The notes under the pieces: generated by a model
Databases searched by the model: none
What the model was told of the DNA's origin: nothing
Seen by the model: only the letters and a program-made list of their open reading frames with translations
Part shown: positions 8,562 through 8,791 of the stretch, piece by piece
How the letters are laid out: each line of letters opens with the position of its first letter
Position numbering within the stretch: position 1 is the stretch's first letter
Made by a program: the position numbers and the translations under genes
NCBI RefSeq assembly: GCF_000150275.1
Contig: NW_002061115.1
Location: forward strand, 1 to 8,791
Length of the DNA: 8,791 nucleotides
Reading direction: 5' to 3'
Source of the DNA: Trichoplax adhaerens
Lineage: Eukaryota > Animalia > Placozoa

Positions 8562-8613
8562 GAGCTACGGGACTTTGCATCAGAACATAGCAACGTCATA
8601 ATTATTCAATTAG
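8562..8613 (+). CDS. Exon 2 of SDR copy B (52 bp); the gene continues beyond it
   Basis: ag|GAG...TTA G|gtaaat; encodes ELRDFASEHSNVIIIQL plus G, matching the family helix followed by 'NV.iiqLD' (Asp codon split in phase 1). Confidence 0.82.
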
Positions 8614-8791
8614 GTAAATTTCAAGTAAATCGAGAACATATAAAATAGCGTTAGTCTAGTGTAGTCTCTTAGTTGCTAATATTTAGACACCGTACTAGGT
8701 ATACACGTTGTATGCTTAGACAGTAATTGTCTTCATCCATTTTACCTCTTTCGATCTAGCAAGTGACTACATTGAAGGACTAATAAGTACT

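Noticed and set aside
8760-8791. Possible SDR-B exon 3 after tcgatctag
   Set aside because: Phase-1 joining gives ASDYIEGLIST rather than the expected D-V/L-T; the real exon 3 probably lies beyond the window
1-8791. CRISPR array, prokaryotic operon or defence system, tRNA/rRNA
   Set aside because: No regularly spaced repeat-spacer structure or structural RNA signature; spliceosomal introns indicate a eukaryote

Overview
AT-rich eukaryotic genomic DNA with GT-AG introns and a 50-N scaffold gap. It is probably from an invertebrate animal, but the taxon cannot be established from the sequence. The window holds a small duplicated enzyme cluster: SDR-A exon 1 (+, 1134-1277), gap, hydrolase-A (-, 2052-2858), unique spacer, hydrolase-B (-, 5646-6452), SDR-B exons 1-2 (+, 8026-8613). 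The two 268-aa alpha/beta-hydrolases have intronless CDSs and resemble BPHL/valacyclovir hydrolase, but carry Cys rather than Ser at the nucleophile elbow (GFCDGG). They lie in a tandem duplication of 2.1 and 2.6 kb and show mosaic identity: near-identical cores, diverged cap domains. The two spliced SDR genes (C-factor/Sniffer-like) are missed by the ORF track. Also seen: a candidate 5'UTR intron only in copy B, a 173-bp tandem duplication, and strong non-coding enrichment of TACWGTA. There is no evidence for CRISPR arrays, RNA genes or autonomous mobile elements. All counts were made by hand.
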